Source of the DNA: Deltaproteobacteria bacterium
GTDB lineage: Bacteria > Desulfobacterota > GWC2-55-46
Assembly: GCA_016182655.1 (NCBI GenBank)
Contig: JACPGB010000016.1
Location: 3,224-67,223, forward strand
DNA: 64,000 nucleotides
Direction: 5' to 3'
This document shows positions 17,620 through 26,938 of the stretch, in pieces. Below the pieces are notes generated by a model. It saw only the letters and a list, made by a program, of their open reading frames with translations. It was not told the DNA's origin and searched no databases. Within the stretch, counting starts at the first letter, position 1. The number at the start of each line of letters is the position of its first letter. The position numbers and the translations under genes are program-made.

Positions 17620-18984
17620 CTACCCCTTTCTCTGCGCTTCGAGCATATGGTGTCTTTTGATGATGCTGTGGACCGTCGGCCTGCTGAGACCCAGCTCCTC
17701 GGCGGCCTTGCTTATGTTCCCGTTGTGTTTTTGGATCGCGAGTTGGACGAACTTCACCTCAAGGTCCTCCTTGGCTTTTTTCAGGTCGAGCGAATCCTTC
17801 CTCTCCTCGCCTGGCGCGAAACCGAGGTCCGAGGGCCTTATGACGTGCCCCTCGGCGAAGGTGACGGCCCTCCTGATCCTGTTTTCGAGCTCTCTTACGT
17901 TGCCAGGCCAGTCATGCCCTTTTATAGACTCTATCGCCTCGGTAGACAGATGCCTCGGGTCCTCCGCGTCCGGCGAGAACTTTGCGAGGAGCGATTTCGC
18001 CATTATGACGAGGTCGTCGCCGCGGTCCCGGAGAGGGGGAAGGTCGATAGTGACTACCGCGAGCCTGTAGTAGAGGTCTTCGCGGAACCTGCCCTCGGAG
18101 ATCTGCCTTTTAACTCCCCGGTTGGTTGCGGCGATGACCCTTACGTCCATTTCAAGCGCCCCCCTTCCGCCGACCCGCTCTATCTTGTGGTCCTGCAGGA
18201 ACCGGAGGAGCTTGACCTGCAGCGCGAGCGGGAGTTCCCCGAGCTCGTCCAGGAAAAGCGTGCCGCCCTCGGCGGACTCGATCCTCCCGTTCCTTTGGGC
18301 GTGCGCTCCGGTGAATGCGCCTTTCTCGTGGCCGAAGAGCTCGGTCTCAAGGAGGTTTTCCGGTATAGCCCCGCAGTTTATCGGGACGAAGGGGCTCGAG
18401 CGGCGCGAGCTCTCGTTATGTATCGCCCTCGCGATCAATTCCTTTCCGGTCCCGCTCTCTCCGGTTATGAGGACCGGCACGTCGGTCGCCGCGACCTTCC
18501 TTACGGTCACGAATACGTCGAGCATCTTCTGGTTCGTCCCGATGATCGCGCCGAACTGCGGGGAGACGCTCTCCCTCTGGTGCCTGAAGTATTCGGTCTC
18601 GAGCGTATGGACGTAGTACGCGCGCCTTAATATTATCTTTAGCTCCTCGACGTCGATCGGCTTGGTGAAAAGGTCGTGCGCGCCCGTGGAAATAGCTTTT
18701 AGCGCTTCAGCCCTCCCGGCCATGCCCGTCACTATGATGACCTTCGTCACGGGGTCGTAACTGAGTATCCTCCTTAAGAGGCCCAGGCCGACGGTTGCGT
18801 CCCCGGGGGAGGGCGGCAGGCCGAGATCGAGAGTGACGATAGCCGGCCTTATGCTTGTAAAGACCTGCATGGCGTCTTCCGCGTTCGAGGCGGCGAAGAC
18901 GTTGTAGTCGTCAACGAGCGCCCATTTCATCTGGGAGCTTATCGCTTCGTCGTCCTCTATTATGAGAAGGTCGTGCTTGTGCAT
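17620..18984 (-). CDS. prsR: PEP-CTERM-box response regulator (sigma-54 activator)
   Basis: IIEDD, VTLDLGLPP receiver, GAFTGA, AAA+ and HTH; next to a PrsK-like kinase. Confidence 0.85.
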   Translation of the reverse strand: MHKHDLLIIEDDEAISSQMKWALVDDYNVFAASNAEDAMQVFTSIRPAIVTLDLGLPPSPGDATVGLGLLRRILSYDPVTKVIIVTGMAGRAEALKAISTGAHDLFTKPIDVEELKIILRRAYYVHTLETEYFRHQRESVSPQFGAIIGTNQKMLDVFVTVRKVAATDVPVLITGESGTGKELIARAIHNESSRRSSPFVPINCGAIPENLLETELFGHEKGAFTGAHAQRNGRIESAEGGTLFLDELGELPLALQVKLLRFLQDHKIERVGGRGALEMDVRVIAATNRGVKRQISEGRFREDLYYRLAVVTIDLPPLRDRGDDLVIMAKSLLAKFSPDAEDPRHLSTEAIESIKGHDWPGNVRELENRIRRAVTFAEGHVIRPSDLGFAPGEERKDSLDLKKAKEDLEVKFVQLAIQKHNGNISKAAEELGLSRPTVHSIIKRHHMLEAQRKG

Positions 18985-19001
18985 TTACCGGCCCCTGTTT
19001 A

Positions 19002-20237
19002 TCAGCACGCCAGACGCTCCCTCTTCAGGGGGAGCTTAAGCGTGAATGAAGCGCCTTCGCCTTCGGAGCTCTCCACCTCTATAGACCCCCCGTGGGCCTC
19101 GAGTATCGCCCTCGAATGGACTAGCCCGACCCCGGACCCGGTCCTCTTTGTCGTGTTGAACGGCCTCCAGAGGCATGTCTCGGCAAAGGCGCGGCTTATG
19201 CCCCTGCCGTTGTCCGATATCGTTATGACGAGGCTTTCGGCGTCGAAGGCGCACTCTATGGATATCCTGCCGTTGTTCGGAAGCGCGTCGCAGGCGTTCT
19301 TGACGATGTTCAGGAATACGCTTTCCATGGCCTCAGGGTCGATATCGACCTGCGGAGGCTCCCCGGTGGAAAGGTCGAGGCGGATGCGCTTGCAATCGAG
19401 CTCGCGCTTAAGTTTCTCAAGGGCGCGCCTTATGCAATCCGAGATGTCCGTAGAGCGCCTGTCCAGCACTATTGCGCGCGGCGGGTCCCCGAGCCGCTCG
19501 ATGAGCCTTTTCATCCGTCCGACGGAAGCGTCAATGGCGGTTATGGCGTCCCTCTGGAACTCGGGTCTCGTGATGTTCGTGCGCGCGTTCTGGCTGACGA
19601 GCGAGAGGGCGTTGGCGAGGTTCTTGAGGTCATGGAGGATGAACGAGGACATCCTGTGGCGCACCTCGGCCTCCCTTGCGGACGAGAGCTGGTCCCGGAG
19701 CATGATGTTCCTTATTTGAGAGGCGGCATGCGTCGAGAGGGCCCTCAGGAGGTCGACGTCGTCGGCGCAGTAGGGGACTCCTGAAACGCCGGGGCCGAGG
19801 AGGATGAGCCCGACGACCTCGTTCGTCGTCGCCATTGGCGCGCAAAGCTCGGCCCCGATGGACGACCCGAGCTCCCCGACCCCGGGGAGGGCCGAAGGTT
19901 CTTTCATCGAAAAGGGCTTGAGACGCGCCCTCGCGTGCTTGACGACCGGGTGGGCGGACGGTATCTCAAACCCCGTCGATTCGTCGCGATAGACTCGCCC
20001 GGCCCTCTCAAGGACGAGGACCGCAACAGAGCTCGCCCCGAGGTATTCGGCGAGCATCCCGGAAATAGACGAGCTTATCTCCCTTGAGTCCATATCCGGG
20101 CTGAGGAGGTCGATAGACTCCATCCACCTGTCCCTGAACTCGTGCCTCTGCCTGAAGAAGTTCCTGCTGATGAATATCCCGGCCCTCTGCCTGAGCCTCT
20201 CGGCGTATAGGAGGAGAAAGTGGATGTAAGAGCTCAT
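19002..20237 (-). CDS. prsK: PrsK-like GAF histidine kinase lacking the N-terminal membrane domain
   Basis: FISRNFF...RDRW, GAF-like region, SSFILHDLKN H-box, DNGRG and GSGVGL boxes. Confidence 0.7.
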   Translation of the reverse strand: MSSYIHFLLLYAERLRQRAGIFISRNFFRQRHEFRDRWMESIDLLSPDMDSREISSSISGMLAEYLGASSVAVLVLERAGRVYRDESTGFEIPSAHPVVKHARARLKPFSMKEPSALPGVGELGSSIGAELCAPMATTNEVVGLILLGPGVSGVPYCADDVDLLRALSTHAASQIRNIMLRDQLSSAREAEVRHRMSSFILHDLKNLANALSLVSQNARTNITRPEFQRDAITAIDASVGRMKRLIERLGDPPRAIVLDRRSTDISDCIRRALEKLKRELDCKRIRLDLSTGEPPQVDIDPEAMESVFLNIVKNACDALPNNGRISIECAFDAESLVITISDNGRGISRAFAETCLWRPFNTTKRTGSGVGLVHSRAILEAHGGSIEVESSEGEGASFTLKLPLKRERLAC

Positions 20238-20335
20238 TATTGTATCGCTTTCCGTTTGTTCCCGGTGATGGAGGTCACATACCCATGACGGACTATCGAC
20301 TACAATACTCAGGAAAAATCGTAGCTTTATTAACG

Positions 20336-20473
20336 CCTTTGCTCAGAGCAAACCCGGGGAAACCCGGCGACGCAGAGCAACGGGACTAAAGAAGCCCCCT
20401 GTACCTGACGCTCTCTCCACCGCTCGCACAAATTCGATTTCACCGGCTTCCATGTCGGCCGAGCCGCCAAAGG
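20336..20473 (+). ncRNA. c-di-GMP-I (GEMM-I) class riboswitch aptamer, A20 variant
   Basis: CAGAGCAAACCCGGG-GAAA-CCCGGCGACGCAGAGC...CGGGACTAAAG...CATGTCGGCCGAGCCGCC; P1 CCTTTG/CAAAGG; GAAA tetraloop with TAA/ATG receptor; GAAGCC/GGCTTC closes an enlarged P3. Confidence 0.85.
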
Positions 20474-20499
20474 GGATACCCTTTTGGCGGTTTTTTTTT
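20464..20499 (+). terminator. riboswitch expression-platform terminator
   Basis: CCGCCAAAGGGG-ATA-CCCTTTTGGCGG followed by T9, overlapping the 3' strand of aptamer P1. Confidence 0.9.
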
Positions 20500-20519
20500 A
20501 GAAAGAAGGAGGATGACTG

Positions 20520-22325
20520 ATGCACAGAAGAAACCGTTTTATCGCCCTTGCGGCAGGTGCGGCCCTTTTCATGCTGACCGTCCCTGGTCTCGCGTTCGCC
20601 GGGCAGGCAACGCTCACGTGGAGCGCTCCGACGACCAACACGAACGGGAGCGCGCTTACGGACCTCGCGGGATACAAGGTCCATTACGGAACGGCCTCGG
20701 GGTCGTATACGAATTCGATCGATGCCGGGAACGCGACGGTTTACACGATCTCCAATCTGGCCGAGGGATATACCTACTACTTTGCGGTAACGGCCTACAA
20801 TGCGTCGGGGGGCGAGAGCTCGTATTCTGCCGAGAAGTCCAAACAGGTCGTCCCGGACACCGCGGGGCCTTCGATAACCGGCGTATACTCGACCGACGTT
20901 ACCATGAACGGGGTGACCATCGGGTGGGCGACGGATGAGGCGTCCGACGCGCAGGTGGAGTACGGGACGACCACGGACTACGGCTCGACCACCGCGCGTA
21001 ACGGGACCATTACGACGGCGCACAGCCAGGCACTCTCGGGCCTGCAGTCCTCGACCACGTACAACTACAGGGTCATGAGCTCTGACGCCGCCGGCAACTC
21101 GTCCGTTTCCGGCAACTACACCTTTACTACCATCGCCTCGGCGGACACCGGGGCGCCGGTCATCACCAACGTGCGCGCAACCGATATCACGGCCTCCGGA
21201 GCGTCCATAAAGTGGGAGACCGACGAGCCGTCCTCGACCGAGGTGACTTACTCGGCGGGAGGAGCGGACTCATACTCCGATCGATCCCTGACCACGGTCC
21301 ACACGGCGGTCCTCTCGGGGCTTAGCGGGTTCACATCCTACAGCTTCACCGTCAAGTCCGTTGACGCGGCGGGCAATGCCGCCACCTCGGCCGGGACGTT
21401 CAAGACCTCAAACACCGCGCCGTCCGTATCGCTTGCCTCGTCGGTTGCGAGCGGCACGATACCGCTTGCGGCCGAGTTCACCGCAACGGCGGCCGACGCC
21501 GACGGCGCCGTGGTCAAATACGAGTGGGACTTTGACGGCGACGGCGTATACGACGCGGATACCGGCTCGGTCCCGTCCGCCTCCAACACCTATTCCGGCG
21601 TGGGCAACTATAACGCGCGTGTAAGGGTGACGGACGACGGCGGGGCGTTTGCGGAATCCGGTTTCGTCGCGATATCCGCCGAATCGGCGACCAACAAGCC
21701 GCCGGTAATAGCCGGCATCCTGGCGAGCATCGTGAGGTCGTTGACGGTCGAGTTCGACATATCGGCGTCCGACTCGAACGGCGGCGTCATAGTCTCGTTC
21801 AAGTGGGACTTCGACGGCAACGGGACGATAGACGCGACCACTTCCACCGCGCCCGCGCAGTATACGTACAAGTCCGCGGGGACGTATAACCCCGTTGTGA
21901 CGGTCACCGACGACCAGGGCGGCGTTGCGAAGGCGATGACGACGGTGACCGTGACGGAGGCGTCAACAGGGGCGACCGAGGAACAGCCCTCGTCCTCGAC
22001 GGGCGGCTCGTCGGCCAAGGGCGGCGGGTGCTTCATAGCGACCGTAGCCTACGGCAGTTATCTCGAGCCCGAGGTCGTGGTGCTCCGCAAGTTCAGGGAC
22101 AACGTCCTCCTTGCGAACCCTCTCGGCAGGTCGTTCGTGTCGGTCTATTACAGGTTCTCGCCGCCGGTAGCGGAGTTCATCTCGAGGCATGAGACGCTCC
22201 GCGGCGCCGCAAGGGCCGCGCTTACTCCGCTTGTCATGTCCATCAAGCACCCGCAGGCAGCGCTCGCGGTCCTCATGTCGCTCGGTGTCGGCGTAGCCGT
22301 GTTCGTCAGGCTCCGGGACCGGTAA
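20520..22325 (+). CDS. surface protein with FN3-like repeats, two PKD domains and a CFI-box-CTERM tail
   Basis: signal peptide, FN3 ([16 protein letters not shown]), PKD ([16 protein letters not shown]), [13 protein letters not shown]...LRKFRD...[10 protein letters not shown]-terminal TM. Confidence 0.9.
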   Translation: MHRRNRFIALAAGAALFMLTVPGLAFAGQATLTWSAPTTNTNGSALTDLAGYKVHYGTASGSYTNSIDAGNATVYTISNLAEGYTYYFAVTAYNASGGESSYSAEKSKQVVPDTAGPSITGVYSTDVTMNGVTIGWATDEASDAQVEYGTTTDYGSTTARNGTITTAHSQALSGLQSSTTYNYRVMSSDAAGNSSVSGNYTFTTIASADTGAPVITNVRATDITASGASIKWETDEPSSTEVTYSAGGADSYSDRSLTTVHTAVLSGLSGFTSYSFTVKSVDAAGNAATSAGTFKTSNTAPSVSLASSVASGTIPLAAEFTATAADADGAVVKYEWDFDGDGVYDADTGSVPSASNTYSGVGNYNARVRVTDDGGAFAESGFVAISAESATNKPPVIAGILASIVRSLTVEFDISASDSNGGVIVSFKWDFDGNGTIDATTSTAPAQYTYKSAGTYNPVVTVTDDQGGVAKAMTTVTVTEASTGATEEQPSSSTGGSSAKGGGCFIATVAYGSYLEPEVVVLRKFRDNVLLANPLGRSFVSVYYRFSPPVAEFISRHETLRGAARAALTPLVMSIKHPQAALAVLMSLGVGVAVFVRLRDR

Positions 22326-22347
22326 GAAGGGCGGGCCTTTCGCCATG

Positions 22348-22385
22348 GCCCTGCGCCCCCTGGGGGGCGCAGGGCTTTTTGTTTT
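22348..22385 (+). terminator. intrinsic terminator between convergent genes
   Basis: GCCCTGCGCCCC...GGGGCGCAGGGC followed by TTTTTGTTTT. Confidence 0.8.
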
Positions 22386-23242
22386 CAGGATCTCCCCCTC
22401 TCGGCCTTTCTTATAGCCCACGCGACGAGGGCGAGGGTGGAGAGGGCGAGGAGGAAGAAAAGCAGGCCGCCCCGCGTATGGAGGCTCCCGTGGAGAGTCC
22501 GCTCGTCCCAGTAAAGTCCGAGGAGCGTAAGCGTTGTTATGCGGAGACTGTTCTTGAGGACGGTTATGGGTAAGACTGAAAGCAGGAGAGCGGCCTTGCC
22601 CGCGTAAGACCTTAGATACATTTGAGAGGCAACGGAACCGGTGATGACGAGCACGAGGCTCGACCTTATCCCGCTACACTCCTTCGCGACCTCTATGGAG
22701 AGCCCTGGGAAGCGCAGGACGAAACCGTCCCTCGTGACCGGGACGCCTGCGGCCTTTACGATCGCGTGAACGGCATCCGTCGAGAGCGACTGGAGCGCGT
22801 ATATGATGGCGTCCATCGCCGCTACCGGCAGTGGTATCATGAAGACGAGAAAGAACACCGGAAAGGCCCCGGCCTTAAGCGATCTGGCGCCGAACGAGAC
22901 GACGAACGCCCCGAGTATGAAAAGGAAGAGGGACGCCAGAGATGCCGAGATATAGTCGTTCCTCCCAAGCGTCTCTCTAAACGCCAGCGATAGCATATGG
23001 ACGGCCGCGCCGGCGCAGTAGACAGCCGCGCCCGCGGCATGTCCGTTTTGAGCGTCCCTGAATACCGCCGCCCTTCTCTTTATGAAAAAATACGCGCTTA
23101 TGAACGGGACTATGAGGATGTGTGAGTATAATTCCGAGGCGTATATCCACGCCGCCTGTTCCCGGAGCGCGTAGAGCACGGCAAAGGACCCGGCCCCGGC
23201 CAGAAGGCAGAACTTGAGAACCGGCCCTTTCGCCCTGGTCAT
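22385..23242 (-). CDS. exosortase (EpsH/Xrt family), no fused EpsI domain
   Basis: YSH near the N-terminus, multiple TMs, VAKECSGIRS (Cys), NSLRI (Arg), SLH (His). Confidence 0.9.
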   Translation of the reverse strand: MTRAKGPVLKFCLLAGAGSFAVLYALREQAAWIYASELYSHILIVPFISAYFFIKRRAAVFRDAQNGHAAGAAVYCAGAAVHMLSLAFRETLGRNDYISASLASLFLFILGAFVVSFGARSLKAGAFPVFFLVFMIPLPVAAMDAIIYALQSLSTDAVHAIVKAAGVPVTRDGFVLRFPGLSIEVAKECSGIRSSLVLVITGSVASQMYLRSYAGKAALLLSVLPITVLKNSLRITTLTLLGLYWDERTLHGSLHTRGGLLFFLLALSTLALVAWAIRKAERGRS

Positions 23243-24423
23243 GCCGTAAGGAGCCTGGTTTTAAGCCCCATGCCTTTTACGAGCGCCCAGATCTCCTCGA
23301 TGTAGACGGGGTTCATGACTATGATTATCTCGGGCCTGTATTCGGCGAGGAACCCGGGGCCGACGATCTCCTGCGCGGAGACCGGCACGAAGGTCCCGTG
23401 CTTGTGCGGGTTTATGTCGACGACGTACTCTATCCCCCCGGTCTTGAGGATGTTCAGAAAGGTGGTCCCTTTGGACCCGGCCCCCCATACGACCGCGCGT
23501 GCCGAGCTCGCCTCTATCTCCTTAAGCGCGGAGTTCCATGATACGACCTTTATCCTGTACCTGTCGGCAAAGGCGGCAACCTCCGCCCTGAGGGCGTTTA
23601 TGGCCGACGCATCCTGTCGTGAGGGACTCGCGGACGACGGGCTCGCTTCAACCGAGATGAACTGCCCGTCGAAGGATTCCGAGAGCTCCGTCACCTCGAA
23701 CGAGCAGGTCCTTAAAAGCGAGACCAGCGAGGCCTTCGTGAAGTAGGAGGCGTGCTCGTATATGACGTCCCAGTATTTTTTCTCCCGGAGCATGTAATCG
23801 GCGTTCGGCACCTCCACGTAAACGCTCGTGGAGCGCCTGCCGCCGAGAACGCTCCGGATCATCGTCAGGAACTCCTTCGGGTTGGAGAGGTGCTCGAGGA
23901 CGTGCCTGCAGATGAGCATGTCGCAGGCCGCAGGGGTGTTTTTTTCGGAGTACATCTCGTTGACGAAGACGACCTTGTCGTTGTCCCTGTTCTCGTCCCT
24001 CTCGCATATGTAGGTCGGGTCGAAGCCGACGCCTCGGTTGCCGCCGAGATCGCAGATGAGGTTCAGAAAATCGCCTTTGCCGGAGCCGATCTCCACGACC
24101 TCCTTGTTATAGAGGTTATGCCGCTCGATGAGCCCGACGGCAAGCGACCTCGCGTAGTCCTGGAAGAGGGGAGAGAAGTGGAGCGAGTTCTCGTATTCAG
24201 CCGTGTATTCCACGGGGCGGGGCGAGTACCTGGCGTTCTGTACGTGCCCGCATACGGAGCAGAAGCCGAGCGCGACGTCGCCTTTCGCCGCTCCGAGCGC
24301 GTCCTTCCTCGCGGCATGCAGGATATTGGCGTTGACCGGGACGCCGCTCACCTCGAGAAAGAGATCCACGCTCGAGGACGCGCACCCCTTGCATGTCCAT
24401 TTGCCTACCGGTTTCAATCGCAC
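23239..24423 (-). CDS. NDP-sugar C-methyltransferase family protein
   Basis: N-terminal CxxC...CxxC zinc site, EIGSGKG, HVLEH, IYEH, WGAGSKG, DINPHKHG. Confidence 0.85.
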   Translation of the reverse strand: MRLKPVGKWTCKGCASSSVDLFLEVSGVPVNANILHAARKDALGAAKGDVALGFCSVCGHVQNARYSPRPVEYTAEYENSLHFSPLFQDYARSLAVGLIERHNLYNKEVVEIGSGKGDFLNLICDLGGNRGVGFDPTYICERDENRDNDKVVFVNEMYSEKNTPAACDMLICRHVLEHLSNPKEFLTMIRSVLGGRRSTSVYVEVPNADYMLREKKYWDVIYEHASYFTKASLVSLLRTCSFEVTELSESFDGQFISVEASPSSASPSRQDASAINALRAEVAAFADRYRIKVVSWNSALKEIEASSARAVVWGAGSKGTTFLNILKTGGIEYVVDINPHKHGTFVPVSAQEIVGPGFLAEYRPEIIIVMNPVYIEEIWALVKGMGLKTRLLTA

Positions 24424-24428
24424 TCCCG

Positions 24429-25655
24429 TTAGAGCGTTATCAATGCCGGCTCGATTGCGAGACTCGCGAGCTCAAGCCGTATCTCGTCCCTGTAGACGGG
24501 GTTTACCGCTATGACGGCGTCGGGCTTGTAGTCCCTGAGGAACGACGGCCCGACGATCTCATGCCCTGTTCCCGCCACGAAGGTCCCCTGCCTGTAGGGG
24601 TTTATGTCCACGACGAAGCCGACCTCGTCCGTTATTCCGAGTGTCGTCAGAAACGCCGCCGCCTTGGAGCCCGACCCCCAGAGGACCGTCCTGTAGCCGG
24701 TGGAATGGAAGTCCTTGAGCTTCTTTTTCCATATGGAGATCTTTTGCGCGTTGTTCTCGGCGAAGTACCTGACCGCGAACTTGAGGGATTCGAGCTCCTG
24801 GCGTCCCGCAAGGGCCTCGGGCACGGAAACATCGCCGGGCCTCGCCTCGCAGATGATGTACTGCCCGTCGTAGTCCTTCTTGACGTCAGTCACCAGAAAG
24901 CCGCACCGGCTCAAAAGCGATCTCAGCGAGTATGTCGAGTAATACGAGCAGTGCTCGTAGTATATGTCCCAGAACGCGAGCTCGTAGAGGACGCGGGTCG
25001 TGTCGGGGACCTGAAAAAAGAGCGCCGAGCCGGGCCTTTTGCCTGCCGAGGAGCGTATGGCCGAGAGGAGCTCCCCGGGCCTGCCCACGTGCTCAAGCGT
25101 CATCTTGCAGACGATAAGGTCGGCGCCGACTTCCGCGTACTTGTCCGAATAGAAGTCGCTTACGAATCTTACCCTGTCGCCCTGTCTTGAGTCCCACCCG
25201 GCGGAATAGGCCGGGTCGAAGCCCACGCCGGTGTTCTCTCCGAGCTCGCAGAGAAGGTTCAGGAACTCGCCCTTGCCGCAGCCTATCTCCATGATCTCCT
25301 TATTCCGGAGCTTGTAGCGACTTACGAGCCCCTCCGCGAGGGTCCGGGAAAACTTCGAGAAGGTCGGAGAGAAGCCCTGGGACTCCTCGCATTTGGGTGA
25401 ATACCGCTGTAGCGACGGGTCGTAGGCGGCGTTCGATATGAAGCCGCACCTTTCGCAGAAGGCGAGCGCGATGTCGCCTCTCCTGAAGTTCTGCGCCTCC
25501 TCCTTCGTCTCCATGAGGAGCACGCTGTGCACCGGGACGCCCTTCTGCCGGTAGAATACCTCGGTATTTGCGCACCCGCACGCGGCGCAGGATTTCCTTG
25601 CGGTCGAGGCATTCGCGGCGCGGCGCGTCTTTCCGATCATAGCTTTCTCCATCAC
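24429..25655 (-). CDS. NDP-sugar C-methyltransferase family protein
   Basis: CAAC...CERC, EIGCGKG, YYEH, WGSGSK, DINPYRQG. Confidence 0.85.
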   Translation of the reverse strand: MMEKAMIGKTRRAANASTARKSCAACGCANTEVFYRQKGVPVHSVLLMETKEEAQNFRRGDIALAFCERCGFISNAAYDPSLQRYSPKCEESQGFSPTFSKFSRTLAEGLVSRYKLRNKEIMEIGCGKGEFLNLLCELGENTGVGFDPAYSAGWDSRQGDRVRFVSDFYSDKYAEVGADLIVCKMTLEHVGRPGELLSAIRSSAGKRPGSALFFQVPDTTRVLYELAFWDIYYEHCSYYSTYSLRSLLSRCGFLVTDVKKDYDGQYIICEARPGDVSVPEALAGRQELESLKFAVRYFAENNAQKISIWKKKLKDFHSTGYRTVLWGSGSKAAAFLTTLGITDEVGFVVDINPYRQGTFVAGTGHEIVGPSFLRDYKPDAVIAVNPVYRDEIRLELASLAIEPALITL

Positions 25656-25682
25656 ATACCTCTTGTTTTTTTTAAGCGGCTG

Positions 25683-26912
25683 TTATTCTATCTTCCAGAC
25701 CGGCAGGGGCAGTATGAACCTGCCGCCCCGCCTCCTGTACTCGTCCTGCTGTCTTATGATCTCCTCGGCGAAGTTCCAGGCGAGGATGAGCACATAGTCG
25801 GGCATGAGCTCGGTTATACGCTCCGGGCCGCAGATAGGGATGCGCTTGCCGGGCATGAACCGCCCCTGCTTGTGGATGTTCCGGTCCGCGACGAAGTCTA
25901 TCGTCTCCCGGCCCAATCCTATATAGTTGAGGAGCGTCGAGCCCTTGGCCGCCGCGCCGTAAGCGGCGATCCTCTTGCCGCTTTCCTTGAGGCCCGTGAG
26001 CATGTTCCTGAGGCCGATCTTGATGTTCCGCACCTTGAGCCCGAAGTCGTCGTAGTACGCGAACGAATCCACCCCGGAGTCCGACTCTTCAGCGAGCATG
26101 TCTCTGACGGATGCGCCCGCGTCGTCCTTCCTCCCGGCGTATATGCGGAGCGACCCGCCGTGGATCCCGAGCCGCTTGACGTCGTTTATGTAGAGCGCGT
26201 GCCTTCTAAAGAGGTTATTGAGCGACGTGAGCGAGAAATAACAGAGGTGCTCGTGGTAGATGGTGTCGAACTCGCAGTTGTCGATCAAGTCCTTTACGTA
26301 CGGCACCTCCATCACGGCTACGCCGTCATCCTTGAGGAGCGTCCTTACGCCGTCGAGGAAACCGTTCGTGTCGGCGACGTGCGCGAGCACGTTGTTCGCG
26401 ATGACCGCGTCGGCGGCCCTTCCGAGGCTACGGAGGTCCTCGGCGAGCTCTTTCGTGAAGAAGGCGGTGAGCGTCGGGACGCCGGAATCCTCCGCCGCCC
26501 TCGCGGGCCCCTCCGCCGGGTCTATGCCGAGGCAGGGGACGCCGGACTTAACGAAGTTTTTGAGAAGATACCCGTCGTTGGAGGCGATCTCCACGACAAG
26601 GCTTTCAGGCCCGAGCCCACGGGACTCGATCAGCCCCAGCGCGTTCTCCCTCGAATGATCAAGCAGGGCGTCGGAGAACGACGAATAATACGGATAGTCC
26701 CTGCAAAAGAGCACGTCAGGCGGTACGGTCTCGAGTATCTGCATGAGGGAGCAGGCCGGGCAGAACGCCGCCTCGAGCGGATAGACCCGCTCGGCGGAGT
26801 TGAGGTCGTCTCTCGTCAGGAGCGCGTCGGCCAGCGGGGTGTTCCCGAGGTCGAGCACGGATTTAAGCCCCCTGGAGCCGCAAGAGCGGCAGTTTCTTTC
26901 TTCCATGTCCAT
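25683..26912 (-). CDS. NDP-hexose C-methyltransferase (TcaB9/NovU-like)
   Basis: CRSC...CPAC, EIASNDGYLL, NNVLAHV, FDTIYHEH, HGGSLR, YGAAAKG; start reassigned to MDMEER behind GAGGAGG. Confidence 0.9.
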   Translation of the reverse strand: MDMEERNCRSCGSRGLKSVLDLGNTPLADALLTRDDLNSAERVYPLEAAFCPACSLMQILETVPPDVLFCRDYPYYSSFSDALLDHSRENALGLIESRGLGPESLVVEIASNDGYLLKNFVKSGVPCLGIDPAEGPARAAEDSGVPTLTAFFTKELAEDLRSLGRAADAVIANNVLAHVADTNGFLDGVRTLLKDDGVAVMEVPYVKDLIDNCEFDTIYHEHLCYFSLTSLNNLFRRHALYINDVKRLGIHGGSLRIYAGRKDDAGASVRDMLAEESDSGVDSFAYYDDFGLKVRNIKIGLRNMLTGLKESGKRIAAYGAAAKGSTLLNYIGLGRETIDFVADRNIHKQGRFMPGKRIPICGPERITELMPDYVLILAWNFAEEIIRQQDEYRRRGGRFILPLPVWKIE

Positions 26913-26938
26913 CAGGCCCTCCTCGCGGTGTCCTTCGT

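Noticed and set aside
20294..20312. Second GEMM-Ib aptamer (TATCGAC...AATACT)
   Set aside because: Not followed by AAACC/P2 or GAC-G-AAAG elements; likely coincidental
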